Source: Lysobacterales bacterium
Lineage (GTDB): Bacteria; Pseudomonadota; Gammaproteobacteria; Xanthomonadales; SZUA-38
Reading direction: 5' to 3'
DNA: 64,000 bases
Assembly: GCA_045106555.1 (NCBI GenBank)
Contig: JBGCET010000003.1
Coordinates: forward strand, 55,244-119,243
Position 1 is the first letter of the stretch. The number at the start of each line of letters is the position of its first letter. Positions 29,672 through 39,269 of this stretch are shown here, in pieces. The notes below the pieces were generated by a model. The model was not told the DNA's origin. It saw only the letters and a list, made by a program, of their open reading frames with translations, and ran no database searches. Made by a program: the position numbers and the translations under genes.

Positions 29672-30580
29672 GTGCAATACCCCTACAGCCCGATATCTCA
29701 ACGTGGTCCGCTGAAATTCCCCAACGGGGCCCGCGTTGCGTTGATCTTGACGTTTAACCTTGAAACCTGGGACCTGACCAAAGACACGGATCGTGCCTAC
29801 TATGCCGGTGGGCCGGCCATCTTGCCGGACGTGTTGCCGGGCCGCGTCCCTGACTACCCAAACTACACCTGGCGGGAGTACGGCCAGCGCGTGGGGCTAT
29901 GGCGCCTTTATGACGTGTTTGACGAGCTGGGAGTGAAGGCCAGCTGCACCACCAATGCAGTCACTTTCGAGCGCCGCCGCCCGATGGTTGATGCGTGCCT
30001 TGAGCGAGGTTGGGAACTGCTGGCGCATAACTATGAGCAGGGGGAACTGCTCACCGATTTTTCCGGCGACCCGGAGCGGGAAGCCGAAGTCATTGGGCGC
30101 ACGCTGGAGATGTATAAAACTCATGTCGGCAGGCCGGCCAAGGGCTGGCTGTCATCCTCGCTGCGCGGCACCTTGGCCACGCCGGGAATTCTCGCGGCCA
30201 ATGGTCTGGAGTTTTACTGCGACCTGATGAACGACGATCAGCCTTACATGATCGACACCGACAACGGCCCGCTGGTGGGTGTTCCTTATTCCAACGAGAT
30301 CAACGATTTCACCCTCCTGACTCGACGTGGCCATACCACCGATGAGTACCGAGACATTTTGATCGAGGAACTGACCCAACTGCACCGGGAAGGCGAGACC
30401 AGCAGCCGGCTGATGAATGTCGGCCTGCACCCTCATGTGTCTGGCCGTGGTTATCGGGTTAGAGCGTTGCGCGAATTTCTAGAATTTGCCAAAGGGCTGG
30501 ATGGTGTCTGGTGGGCAACACGGGAAGAACTGGCCGCCTGGTATCGGGATAATCACCAGGGACACATCGTTCCTGCTTAG
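29672..30580 (+). CDS. Polysaccharide-deacetylase-fold hydrolase, PuuE/allantoinase-like subgroup
   Basis: P.GARVAL...NLETW, WREYGQRVGLWRL, AHNY, GWL, DDQPY, PYS.EIND, GLHPHVSG. Confidence 0.87.
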   Translation: MQYPYSPISQRGPLKFPNGARVALILTFNLETWDLTKDTDRAYYAGGPAILPDVLPGRVPDYPNYTWREYGQRVGLWRLYDVFDELGVKASCTTNAVTFERRRPMVDACLERGWELLAHNYEQGELLTDFSGDPEREAEVIGRTLEMYKTHVGRPAKGWLSSSLRGTLATPGILAANGLEFYCDLMNDDQPYMIDTDNGPLVGVPYSNEINDFTLLTRRGHTTDEYRDILIEELTQLHREGETSSRLMNVGLHPHVSGRGYRVRALREFLEFAKGLDGVWWATREELAAWYRDNHQGHIVPA

Positions 30581-30595
30581 AGGTAGACATCATCG

Positions 30596-31261
30596 ATGAG
30601 TAACGCAACTGAACTTAAGCAGCAGATTTTTGGCTTTCTTGATCCGATGGACGAGTCAGCGTTAGTGACTGAAGCGGAGAAAGACCAGCTAAAATCCTGG
30701 TGCGACGACTTATGTCAGCACACCGCCGTGCCTGAACCCATTAATGATCTGCCTGCGGCCGCAGGGGTCTGGCGATCGCGATTCGCCAGTTTTGGCGCGA
30801 AGCATTCCGACAACCAGCCGATGATGCATTTGACGGACCTGAAGCTACAGAGCTTTGGCAACCTTCCCAGTGCACCGGCTCGTGTCACCGAACTGATGCA
30901 GGAAATTGATGTCGACAATCGGGCCTATAACAATGTGGTCCATGTCACTAACCAGGCCGGTGACACCAACGCCGTGGTGGTCATGTTTGGCCGTTATGAC
31001 GGCGCTGACGATAACCTCCAGCGCTATGGGGTTTCGTTTTATCGAGTGGCCCTGATTAACAACAGCCAACATGATGATGACAAATTTCGTGCCGCGTTTG
31101 GCATTGATGCCGACGCCCCACTGGACGTGGAGTTCAGACCACCGGCGCTGCATTCCGATATTGTTTATCTCGATGAGGACACCCGTGTGAACTACGGAAA
31201 GCTGGGCGGCTTTTACGTGCTTTCCCGAGATTCCCGAGCGGCGTATTCCCTCGATCTCTGA
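30596..31261 (+). CDS. PAP/fibrillin-like (lipocalin-fold) protein
   Basis: N-terminal LKQQI helix, AGVWR (GxW lipocalin motif), C-terminal IVYLDEDTRVNYGKLGGFYVLSR matching the fibrillin 'TYLDxxLRxxRGxxGxxFVL' motif. Confidence 0.7.
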   Translation: MSNATELKQQIFGFLDPMDESALVTEAEKDQLKSWCDDLCQHTAVPEPINDLPAAAGVWRSRFASFGAKHSDNQPMMHLTDLKLQSFGNLPSAPARVTELMQEIDVDNRAYNNVVHVTNQAGDTNAVVVMFGRYDGADDNLQRYGVSFYRVALINNSQHDDDKFRAAFGIDADAPLDVEFRPPALHSDIVYLDEDTRVNYGKLGGFYVLSRDSRAAYSLDL

Positions 31262-31367
31262 TACCCGGGGCTGGTCTAGCCCCTTCGACGTTCAGGAATT
31301 TTCCTGACACCGCAGTTGCGGCAGTCAGCAGCACGCTGGCTGCCAGCACAACAGGCTGGCTGAAACC

Positions 31368-32561
31368 ATGATTATTGTGCCTATCGTGCTGTTCGTCTGC
31401 CTGATCGGCGTCGGCATCGTGATTCCCCTATTTCCGTTTTTTGGCGCCAGAGTTGGGGCGTCGCCGGAAATGATTACCATGCTGATTGCGGTGTTTGCGT
31501 TTGGCCAATTTTTGTCCAGTCCGTTTTGGGGTTGGCTCAGCGATCGGATCGGCCGAAAACCGGTCATGGTCATCTCCTTGCTCGGCGCAACGTCATCATT
31601 TGTTCTGTTGGCTATCGCCGACACGCTCACGATGTTGTTTGTTTCGCGAATTGTCGGCGGACTGATGACGGGGATTGCCCCGGTCGCTTTCGCCGTGGCG
31701 GCCGATACCAGCAGCGCGCAAACTCGCGCTGGCGCCATGGCGAGAATTGGCGTCGCATTTTCCCTGGGGTTAATAGCCGGCCCCATTCTCGGTGGCTTGT
31801 TGGCAGGTGATGATCCAGCAACGGCAAACTACTTTTTGCTGGGGATGGTGGCGGGCGCCATGACAACGGTGGCGGCGCTCATCACGCTGGTGTTTTTTAA
31901 AGAAACGTTACCCGCAGAAAAGCGCGCACAGATGCGTTTGGATGCTGGGCCGAATTTGAGACCTTTGGCTGATCTTCTTGGAACGCTAAAAATCCCCGCG
32001 TTACGCCGCATTACTCTGATTAACTTTTGTTTCGCCGGCGCCTTGGGCATCTTTGATTCGACCTACGCGTTGTTTGCCAACGCTAGAATCGGTTCAGGTC
32101 CAGAAGAAATCGGATTGCTGTTTGCCATGTTGGGCATCATCAACGCCGTACTCCAGGGGCTGGCCGTCAGTCGGATTGTGCCCCTGCTGGGAGAGTGGGG
32201 TACGGTGCTAACCTCGGTGGTGTTTTATGGCGTCGGCTTGGTGTTGCTGGGGTCGGCGGAAAGTCGCGGGTTTTTTATCGCGTCCACCGTGTTGCTGGCA
32301 ATTGCGTTCAGCCTATTTATTCCTACGTCCAATAGTCTGGCCTCCAAGGCCACTGACGAGGGCCAACGAGGCGCCGCGTTAGGCGTATTTCAGGGGGCGT
32401 CCAACCTTGCGCGCAGCATCACGCCCTTGTTTAGTGGCTATGCCTTCGCCCGAGTCAGTATTGAAACACCGTTTGTTTTGGGTTCGTTACTGCTGGTCCT
32501 GCCCGCATGGCTTGCGCTCCGCCAGGCTCTTGTTGAACGCAAAAAAAGGTCGCGGAAATAA
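31368..32561 (+). CDS. MFS transporter (TetA/DHA1-like)
   Basis: WGWLSDRIGRKPV motif A, GPILGG motif C, about 12 TM helices. Confidence 0.92.
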   Translation: MIIVPIVLFVCLIGVGIVIPLFPFFGARVGASPEMITMLIAVFAFGQFLSSPFWGWLSDRIGRKPVMVISLLGATSSFVLLAIADTLTMLFVSRIVGGLMTGIAPVAFAVAADTSSAQTRAGAMARIGVAFSLGLIAGPILGGLLAGDDPATANYFLLGMVAGAMTTVAALITLVFFKETLPAEKRAQMRLDAGPNLRPLADLLGTLKIPALRRITLINFCFAGALGIFDSTYALFANARIGSGPEEIGLLFAMLGIINAVLQGLAVSRIVPLLGEWGTVLTSVVFYGVGLVLLGSAESRGFFIASTVLLAIAFSLFIPTSNSLASKATDEGQRGAALGVFQGASNLARSITPLFSGYAFARVSIETPFVLGSLLLVLPAWLALRQALVERKKRSRK

Positions 32562-32608
32562 AAGGGGTCAGGTTCAATTTCGCTTGCGACATTGAACCCT
32601 TTTATTTC
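32556..32608. terminator. Bidirectional terminator between convergent MFS genes
   Basis: GAAATAAAAGGG...GGTTCAAT...ATTGAACC-CTTTTATTTC long imperfect inverted repeat. Confidence 0.65.
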
Positions 32609-33987
32609 TATCCCCCCGCTTGAGGAGCGGCAGCCTGCGGGGTGTTGTGTAGGGTCTGTTTATCCAGTTTGAAAAACAGCAGCACCACCATACTCAGTCC
32701 AATCATGATGGCGGGCAGGTAGGCTTTGCCAAACATGATGCCGAATAGGGCGTCGCCGGTTTGCAGGTCATCAGCGCCAAGAGACTTATCGTAGCCTGCG
32801 AAGGTCAATACCCAGCCCACGATGAAGGGTGCCAGGGCTGCTGCCAGCTTTTCCACAAAACTGTACATGGCGGCGTAAATACCCTCTCGTCGCATGCCGG
32901 TGATGCGCGCATCGTATTCGATGGTGTCAGTGAGCATGGACATGGCCAACATGACGTTGCCGGCGATACATACCCCTGTTAACGCCATGCGAAAGAAGTA
33001 GCCGGGCAGAAAATCGCTCATGGCAGGTGCCGGTTCTACCAGCATCCAGCTCAGGTTCACCAGAGCGGTAAGCCCAGCGCTGAAGAAGTACATGTTTTTC
33101 TTGCCATAGCGGGCGGCCATATTCTTCACCCACGGCACCGCAATTAATGTTGTTAGGGTGCTGAGCAGGGCGGCTCCGGCGAAGTAGCGCAGGTCCATCC
33201 CGACATATTGTTTAAAGAAGATAAACGATACCGCTGCGGTGCTCATGATGCCTATCAGCTGCAGTGCCTTAACCGATATCAAGGTGACAAAGTGTCGGTT
33301 GGAAAACAGCAGCGAGGCCTGTCGATAAAAATTGTGGTGGCTGTCCACCTTTTCCACCATTCGAGCGCTGCCAGTGCCGGCATAACAAGCGATTAGTGAT
33401 ACGAAGATGATGGCGGACATGGCCACAGCAATAATGGCGTAGGACTCTCGGCTCTGACCGAGCACTTCCAGCACAAACGGCGCGCCGGCCACAGCCAGGG
33501 TGCTGCCTAGCGAGACAAAACCCACCCGGTACCCATGCAGTGACGTGCGTTCCTCATAGCCATCGGTCATCTCCGCCGACATGGCCATATAGGGCACGTT
33601 AAAAACGGTGTAGCCGATCGTGTAGAAAACCAGGCAGCCAAAGGCGTATGCGGCTGTCATGGTCTGGCTTTCAAATTCGGGAATGGCGAACAAAAAGCCA
33701 AAGGAACTAGCAGCCAAGAAGGCGCCAATAAACATGAACGGGCGCCGCCGACCGGATTTGAAGCTGGCCCGGTCGCTCAGCATGCCCATGATGGGGTCGC
33801 TGACTGCGTCGATGAGTTTGGACACAAATAACAGGGTTCCGGCCAACGCCGGGTCCAGTTTCAGAATGCTGACCAGATAAATCAGAATGAGGAACGAAAC
33901 ACCATTCATCAGCATGGCTACGCCCATGGCGCCGCTTCCCCAAAATAGTTTTAGACGGGTGGAGAGCGCGTGGCCAGTTTCGCTCAT
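32608..33987 (-). CDS. GPH-family (MelB-like) MFS symporter
   Basis: DAVSDPIMG.LSDR...GRRRPF, NVPYMAM..EMT..Y.ERT.L, DTIEYD...TG.RREG. Confidence 0.92.
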   Translation of the reverse strand: MSETGHALSTRLKLFWGSGAMGVAMLMNGVSFLILIYLVSILKLDPALAGTLLFVSKLIDAVSDPIMGMLSDRASFKSGRRRPFMFIGAFLAASSFGFLFAIPEFESQTMTAAYAFGCLVFYTIGYTVFNVPYMAMSAEMTDGYEERTSLHGYRVGFVSLGSTLAVAGAPFVLEVLGQSRESYAIIAVAMSAIIFVSLIACYAGTGSARMVEKVDSHHNFYRQASLLFSNRHFVTLISVKALQLIGIMSTAAVSFIFFKQYVGMDLRYFAGAALLSTLTTLIAVPWVKNMAARYGKKNMYFFSAGLTALVNLSWMLVEPAPAMSDFLPGYFFRMALTGVCIAGNVMLAMSMLTDTIEYDARITGMRREGIYAAMYSFVEKLAAALAPFIVGWVLTFAGYDKSLGADDLQTGDALFGIMFGKAYLPAIMIGLSMVVLLFFKLDKQTLHNTPQAAAPQAGG

Positions 33988-34017
33988 GATTCGTTAGATT
34001 CCTTTTGGGGGTAAGAA

Positions 34018-34040
34018 AGGCCCGGCAATATGCCGGGCCT
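34018..34040 (-). terminator. Hairpin downstream of the TonB-dependent receptor
   Basis: AGGCCCGGCA-ATA-TGCCGGGCCT perfect stem followed by TTCTT on the minus strand. Confidence 0.6.
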
Positions 34041-34055
34041 AAGACGAAACAAATC

Positions 34056-36326
34056 CTAGAAGCGATAGCTAGCGGACAGCCCCCAGGTTCGTCGCTCACC
34101 GAAGATATAGCCGTAACCGTTCCCGAAAGGCAGCAATACGGTGAATGAGTTGGAGGTGTAACGCTCATCCGTCAGGTTTCTTGCCCACAGGGAGACATCC
34201 CAGTTATCGAACTGGAGTCCGAGGGTGGTGTTAAGAATGGTTCGACTTTCCAGCTGTGCCAGGTTCATGGACTCAGCTTCCTGCTCTGACTGGTAAGACA
34301 CATCGGCGCGAACGAAATAGCTGGCGTTCCAGGCTTCGATGTCGTTATTCCACTCACCACCAACGCTGATCTGAACCGGTGCCTGACGTTCTACGTCGTT
34401 GCCGCTGATGTCCCCATTTGAGGGGCACAAAATATCGTCACAGGAGGTGGTGTTGGGGAAGAAAGCGGGTCCAACTCGAGCAAACCGGTTGTCGATGGTG
34501 CCATCGTCGTAAGTCGCGTCAGTTAGCGAAATTGCAGCGTTAAGCTGGAAGTTGTCGTTGATGTAGGCAAGCGCATCCAGTTCCACGCCGTAAGTTGTGG
34601 CATCACCCAAGTTGAGCGTGATGTTAACCGCGTTGGGATTATTCGCGCCGGAGTCTGCCGCGTTGAGCTGAATGTCTTCCCATTGGATGTAGAACAGCGC
34701 TGCGTTAAGCACCAGGCTGCCATCCATTAGCGTATTTTTGCTGCCAATTTCGAAGGTCCAGTTTTGCTCCTCGTCAAACACACGCTCAGCTTCTTGAGCG
34801 GCGGTTGGGTTAAAGCCACCAGACTTCACACCTTTCGCCAGCGATCCGTACAGCAGTCGATCGTCATCCAGCTGGTATTCCAGCGAGAGTCTCGGTGTGA
34901 AGTTCTTGAAATCGCCGCTGAATACTTGGCCGGTTGCGTTGTTGGTTTGGACCTTTTCTTCGTCGCTGTAGCGCCCTTCAGCAGAGAACAGCCATTTGTC
35001 GCTGAAGCGATAGGAAAATTCACCAAAAATCGCGGTGACGTCGATATCCGTGCCGACGTCTCTGATCTGTGGCTGCTGAACCAGCGGCGTGGAGGTTAGA
35101 GGCGGTACCCCGGGTATGGCAAAACCGGTTTGATCTTCGCCGTCAGAGAAAAAGGTACCGACAGTCCAGGTCAGATTGCCACCGCTATCACTGGACAGGC
35201 GCAATTCGTGGGTGTCGTAGTCGATGCCGCCTAGAGGCGTGTTTTGGAACTGGCATGAGCCGGGAATCGAGGTTCCGCACTCAATCTGAGAGCGCTCAGA
35301 GATTGAGGCAATATCCACATCCCCTTCAATGTTGCCAAACAGATACGACAATGACAGGGAATCGTTAATCTCGTAGTCGACACCAAATCGTAGGATATCG
35401 ATCTCGGCCTGTCGGCCATAGGCCCTGGGGTCAACCGCTACCACATCAGGCGGCGAGGGGATGGTGCCGCAGAACAAGCGAGGGCCACCGAAAATGTTGG
35501 TGTTTCCGCAGTTCGTATCCCCAGCGAACTCGGCGAGCTGGCCTGCGCCGCGACTTTCGTCGGAAAGATCAAAATTGTAAAACCCAAGGTCCATCGTTAA
35601 TGAGTCGGTGGGCGTAAACTCGAGAGCTGCTGAGTAAGAACGGTTGTTCCATCCGCCAGCGTTGTCTTGGGTGCCTCGCTGGCCCAGGTCAATGCCGGCT
35701 AGCGGGTGACGGTTTTCTTGGCTGCCGTCGAATTCTGAGTCGTTTAAGCTGAACGATCCTTTCAAGGTGCCCTCGATGATCGGGCCAGCGACACGGAAGC
35801 CATAATCCTGACGCTCGTCGCTGCCATAGCCAGCGGTAATTTCCGCTTCAAATTCGTCGGTGGGCCCTTTGGGAATGTAGTTGATCGCACCCATGAAGGC
35901 GTTACGACCATATCGTGCGCTCTGTGGGCCTTTTACCACCTCTACTCGGCTTAAGTTTGTCACGCCCGAGTTGATCGCCCAGGCGGCTGGCACGTAAATG
36001 CCGTCAAAAAACGTCGACACGTTGGGTTCCAGTGCTGTCAGTCGCGTTTGCGAGGTACTGCGAATGACGGGTGTACCAAAGCCACCTCCGAAATCCTCAA
36101 AGTTGAGTCCCGCAGTGTATTGCGCAACGTCGGCCAGACCCAGGATGCCGCGTTTTTCAAAATCGCTCTCAGTGAAGGCACTTACGGCTACGGGAATGTC
36201 CTGAACAGATTCCTCTCGTTGGCGGGCCGTGACAATGATCTCTTCGAGGGCCTGGGCCTGTAAATTTTCGGACATGCCAATGGCAAGTCCCGCCGCAATA
36301 GCGCTGGCAATCAGTGTTCGTTTCAT
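34056..36326 (-). CDS. TonB-dependent receptor
   Basis: Signal peptide, LEEIIVTARQREES.QDIPVAVSAF, VEVVKGPQS..YGRNA..GAIN, C-terminal ASYRF. Confidence 0.96.
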   Translation of the reverse strand: MKRTLIASAIAAGLAIGMSENLQAQALEEIIVTARQREESVQDIPVAVSAFTESDFEKRGILGLADVAQYTAGLNFEDFGGGFGTPVIRSTSQTRLTALEPNVSTFFDGIYVPAAWAINSGVTNLSRVEVVKGPQSARYGRNAFMGAINYIPKGPTDEFEAEITAGYGSDERQDYGFRVAGPIIEGTLKGSFSLNDSEFDGSQENRHPLAGIDLGQRGTQDNAGGWNNRSYSAALEFTPTDSLTMDLGFYNFDLSDESRGAGQLAEFAGDTNCGNTNIFGGPRLFCGTIPSPPDVVAVDPRAYGRQAEIDILRFGVDYEINDSLSLSYLFGNIEGDVDIASISERSQIECGTSIPGSCQFQNTPLGGIDYDTHELRLSSDSGGNLTWTVGTFFSDGEDQTGFAIPGVPPLTSTPLVQQPQIRDVGTDIDVTAIFGEFSYRFSDKWLFSAEGRYSDEEKVQTNNATGQVFSGDFKNFTPRLSLEYQLDDDRLLYGSLAKGVKSGGFNPTAAQEAERVFDEEQNWTFEIGSKNTLMDGSLVLNAALFYIQWEDIQLNAADSGANNPNAVNITLNLGDATTYGVELDALAYINDNFQLNAAISLTDATYDDGTIDNRFARVGPAFFPNTTSCDDILCPSNGDISGNDVERQAPVQISVGGEWNNDIEAWNASYFVRADVSYQSEQEAESMNLAQLESRTILNTTLGLQFDNWDVSLWARNLTDERYTSNSFTVLLPFGNGYGYIFGERRTWGLSASYRF

Positions 36327-36474
36327 GGATTGGATTCCTCAGGAGTAGTCAGCTTTAGGGGTTTTCAGTGTGTTGCCGCCGTTGGTTGGTACTTGCTGAA
36401 AATTCAGCACGGCAAACTGTTCTCAGGTTTTAGCATTTTTGCAAAGAAGGCGCATATTTTTATTATCTATACCT

Positions 36475-36490
36475 GCTATCGCGAAATTGA
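36475..36490. promoter_or_regulatory. Candidate operator GCTATCGCGAAATTGA (14/16 identical to 44404-44419)
   Basis: In the divergent promoter between the TonB receptor and methyltransferase 1. Confidence 0.5.
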
Positions 36491-36587
36491 TGCCGGGTGC
36501 TATTGCCTGGACCTCGCGGGTTCGTCAGTATGAGTGAGAGACAAGCCAACCGTTTATTTTTTCCGAATACTACGAGAGCAACATCCT

Positions 36588-37616
36588 ATGGATTTCAACC
36601 TTCGACAGCGCGGACGCGCCAGCATCGATTTTGCCGCAGACGTCACTGCGTTTAGCGGACAGCTGCACATGGCTGTAGGCCAGCGCATCGCTGACGTAGA
36701 GCTTCCTGAGGATTTTGATGCGCAGCTTGAGACCATGCACGCTGAGCTTGCCGATGATGGCCAACACTATTTTGGTCAAGCCATTGGAAAGTGGTCCGGC
36801 GATCAGCACGGTGTTATCACCCACGACGCTTTTAAAGAGATTCAGGCAGAGCTGGAGCCGGAGTTTGATCGGCTGCGGCAAGGCGGCACACAGATCGAGA
36901 CTCGTGAAGGCTTTCAGCCGCCGGATTATTGGGAAGGCGTCGACTTTCATCGAACCACCGGGGGGTGGGTTCGGGAACACCAGGGGTTCGTCCATGGTGA
37001 GTTGATTCATCCCAAGTACGTTGCGAAAAATTTTCCCGGTGGAATATTCAAACAACGTCGCGAGGTGTTGAACGAACTGGGTGACACACGTTTCGAGAAC
37101 ATTCTGGAAATGGGCACCTCCAGCGGTCATTTCACTATCGCACTGGCGGAGGCCTATCCAGATGCCCATCTCACCGGTATTGATCCAGGCTTGCCGATGC
37201 TGGAACAGGCTCAGCGCTTTGGCAATGAGCGGGGCTTAAGCTGGCGCTTGATCCAGGCCAACGCGGAAAATACCGGGCTGGACGACAACAGCTTTGATCT
37301 CGTGACCTCCTACATCATGCTGCACGAGCTACCGGCCGCGGCAACCCGGCAGATTTTTGCCGAAGCCCTGCGAGTTTTACAACCCGGTGGCACGATGATG
37401 ATGAGCGACGTGCCGCCGTTTCGCGCATTGCCGAAACTTGCCCAATGGCGTGCCAATGCCGGTGCTGAACGGGGTGGCGAGCCCTACTGGCGGGAAGCGG
37501 CCAGCCTGGATCTGGCCGAGCTAGCCACCGAGGTAGGATTCGAAAACGCCAGGTCTTATGGCATAGGCGAGCGACAATATCCCTGGGTGACCATTGCCCA
37601 GAAGCCGGCAGCCTGA
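36588..37616 (+). CDS. Class I SAM-dependent methyltransferase-like protein, paralog 1
   Basis: ILEMGTSSGHFT motif I, GID, FDLVTSYIMLHE, RVLQPGG; DFHRTTGGW and GEPYW motifs shared with paralogs 2 and 3. Start moved to ATG 36588. Confidence 0.88.
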   Translation: MDFNLRQRGRASIDFAADVTAFSGQLHMAVGQRIADVELPEDFDAQLETMHAELADDGQHYFGQAIGKWSGDQHGVITHDAFKEIQAELEPEFDRLRQGGTQIETREGFQPPDYWEGVDFHRTTGGWVREHQGFVHGELIHPKYVAKNFPGGIFKQRREVLNELGDTRFENILEMGTSSGHFTIALAEAYPDAHLTGIDPGLPMLEQAQRFGNERGLSWRLIQANAENTGLDDNSFDLVTSYIMLHELPAAATRQIFAEALRVLQPGGTMMMSDVPPFRALPKLAQWRANAGAERGGEPYWREAASLDLAELATEVGFENARSYGIGERQYPWVTIAQKPAA

Positions 37617-37626
37617 GGAGACTGAA

Positions 37627-37869
37627 ATGACCAGCAAAGCGACCAACGATGCCACCTTTCAAATGGTGCTGAATCTCATGCACGAGCTGTGGGTGGTCAA
37701 AGACCGTGCGGCTCTGCTGGAGAAGGTGCTGGATGATGCCGGAATCTCTGTCGCTGAAAAGGTTGATTTGCTTCAACCAGACGAAGCCCTTGAGGCGGCA
37801 CTGGAAAAAGAGCGCAAGGCCTTTATCGCCCGAGTGCTTGCGCCTACTTTGGAGGCCGAGTCCAGCTGA
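37627..37869 (+). CDS. Small helical partner protein, paralog 1
   Basis: RBS GAGGAG; D..FQMVLNLMHELWVVKDRAALLEKVL...R.AFIARV, aligning by eye to 42767-43111 and 53387-53725. Confidence 0.78.
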   Translation: MTSKATNDATFQMVLNLMHELWVVKDRAALLEKVLDDAGISVAEKVDLLQPDEALEAALEKERKAFIARVLAPTLEAESS

Positions 37870-39269
37870 TGTCTGTATTACCTGCCAGTGAAGCCGATTT
37901 TGGTTTTGAGGTGCCGGTTGTCATCATTGGCGCTGGCGGTTGCGGGCTGTCCGCAGCGTTGGCAGCGGCTCAGGCTGGGGTGGAAACCCTGGTGCTGGAG
38001 CGCGACCCAACCCCGCTGGGCACGACGGCGATGTCGACGGGTTTGATTCCCGCTGCCGGCAGTGAGCTACAGAAAGCCGCAGGAATCAGCGACAGCGCTG
38101 ACTTATTCACTCAAGACGTTATGAAAAAAACGCGGGGTGAAACCGATGAGGGGGTGGTTCATGCTTTGGTGCAGGCGTCAGCCAAAACCGTCGACTGGCT
38201 CGCTGAGTCTGGCGTACCGCTGTCTTTGGTTGACAGTTTTCTGTACCCCGGCCACAGCGTCAAGCGAATGCACGGCACGCCCAACCGAACCGGCGCCGAA
38301 CTTATGGGGTCATTGCAGCAGGCGGCGGAGGACGCCGGCGCAGGAATACTGACCCAGGCCCCGGTTAGTCATGTGTTTGCCGATGACAACCGTCAGGTGG
38401 TCGGCGTGCGCTGTCAGCGGCCTGACGGCAGCGTTGAAGATGTGGGGTGTCAGGCGCTGATCTTGGCCTGCTGTGGCTTCGCAGGTGACCCGGAAAAAGT
38501 GGCAGAGTTTATGCCCGAAATTGCCGAAGGGGTGTTTTTTGGCCATCCCGGCAACAAAGGGGATGCCATCGCCTGGGGCATTGAGCTGGGCGCGGCGGTC
38601 GCCGACATGGCCGCCTATCAGGGGCACGGAGGCCTGGCCGATGGCCATGCCATCCCCATTCTCTGGCCGGTCATTATGGAAGGCGGCTTTCAGGTCAATC
38701 GCCAGGGATTGCGGTTCTCCAATGAAGCCCGAGGTTATTCAGAGCAGGCGGTGGACGTGTTGCGCCAGCCCGATAATGTGGCGTTTACGATCTACGATCA
38801 ACGGCTTCACGAGCTGATGGAAGAGTTTGACGACTACCGGGAAGCCATAGCGGCTAAGGCTGTGCGCAGCGCGCAATCGCTGGAGGATCTGGCTGGCCAA
38901 TTTGACATCAATGCCGAGGGACTTGCACAAACTGTCGCTGACGTAGCTCAACTGACTCAGTCAGGAGAGCCTGACGAGTTTGGTCGTACGTTTGCTTCTC
39001 GGCCCGTTCTCAGCGGTCCCTTCTACGCGGTTCGAGTTACCGGCGCGCTGTTCCACACCCAAGGCGGGTTGGTGGTTGACGGTCAGGCCAAGGTGCTGGA
39101 TAAAAGCGGGTCTCCTCTTCCTAACCTATTTGCCGGCGGCGGCGCCGCCCGGGGCATCTCGGGTCCGTCTTGCTGGGGTTATATGGCAGGAAACGGCCTG
39201 CTGACCGCTACCACGTTGGGTCGGCTGGCCGGCGAAAACGCAGCGGCCTTGACGTCAACTACTGGGTAG
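37869..39269 (+). CDS. FAD-dependent oxidoreductase (flavocytochrome c / TcuA / KstD-like FAD_binding_2 family)
   Basis: IIGAGGCG, GTTAMSTG, VNRQG.RF.NE, HTQGGL.VD, NLFAGG, GNGL; TGATG-coupled to the small protein. Confidence 0.88.
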   Translation: MSVLPASEADFGFEVPVVIIGAGGCGLSAALAAAQAGVETLVLERDPTPLGTTAMSTGLIPAAGSELQKAAGISDSADLFTQDVMKKTRGETDEGVVHALVQASAKTVDWLAESGVPLSLVDSFLYPGHSVKRMHGTPNRTGAELMGSLQQAAEDAGAGILTQAPVSHVFADDNRQVVGVRCQRPDGSVEDVGCQALILACCGFAGDPEKVAEFMPEIAEGVFFGHPGNKGDAIAWGIELGAAVADMAAYQGHGGLADGHAIPILWPVIMEGGFQVNRQGLRFSNEARGYSEQAVDVLRQPDNVAFTIYDQRLHELMEEFDDYREAIAAKAVRSAQSLEDLAGQFDINAEGLAQTVADVAQLTQSGEPDEFGRTFASRPVLSGPFYAVRVTGALFHTQGGLVVDGQAKVLDKSGSPLPNLFAGGGAARGISGPSCWGYMAGNGLLTATTLGRLAGENAAALTSTTG

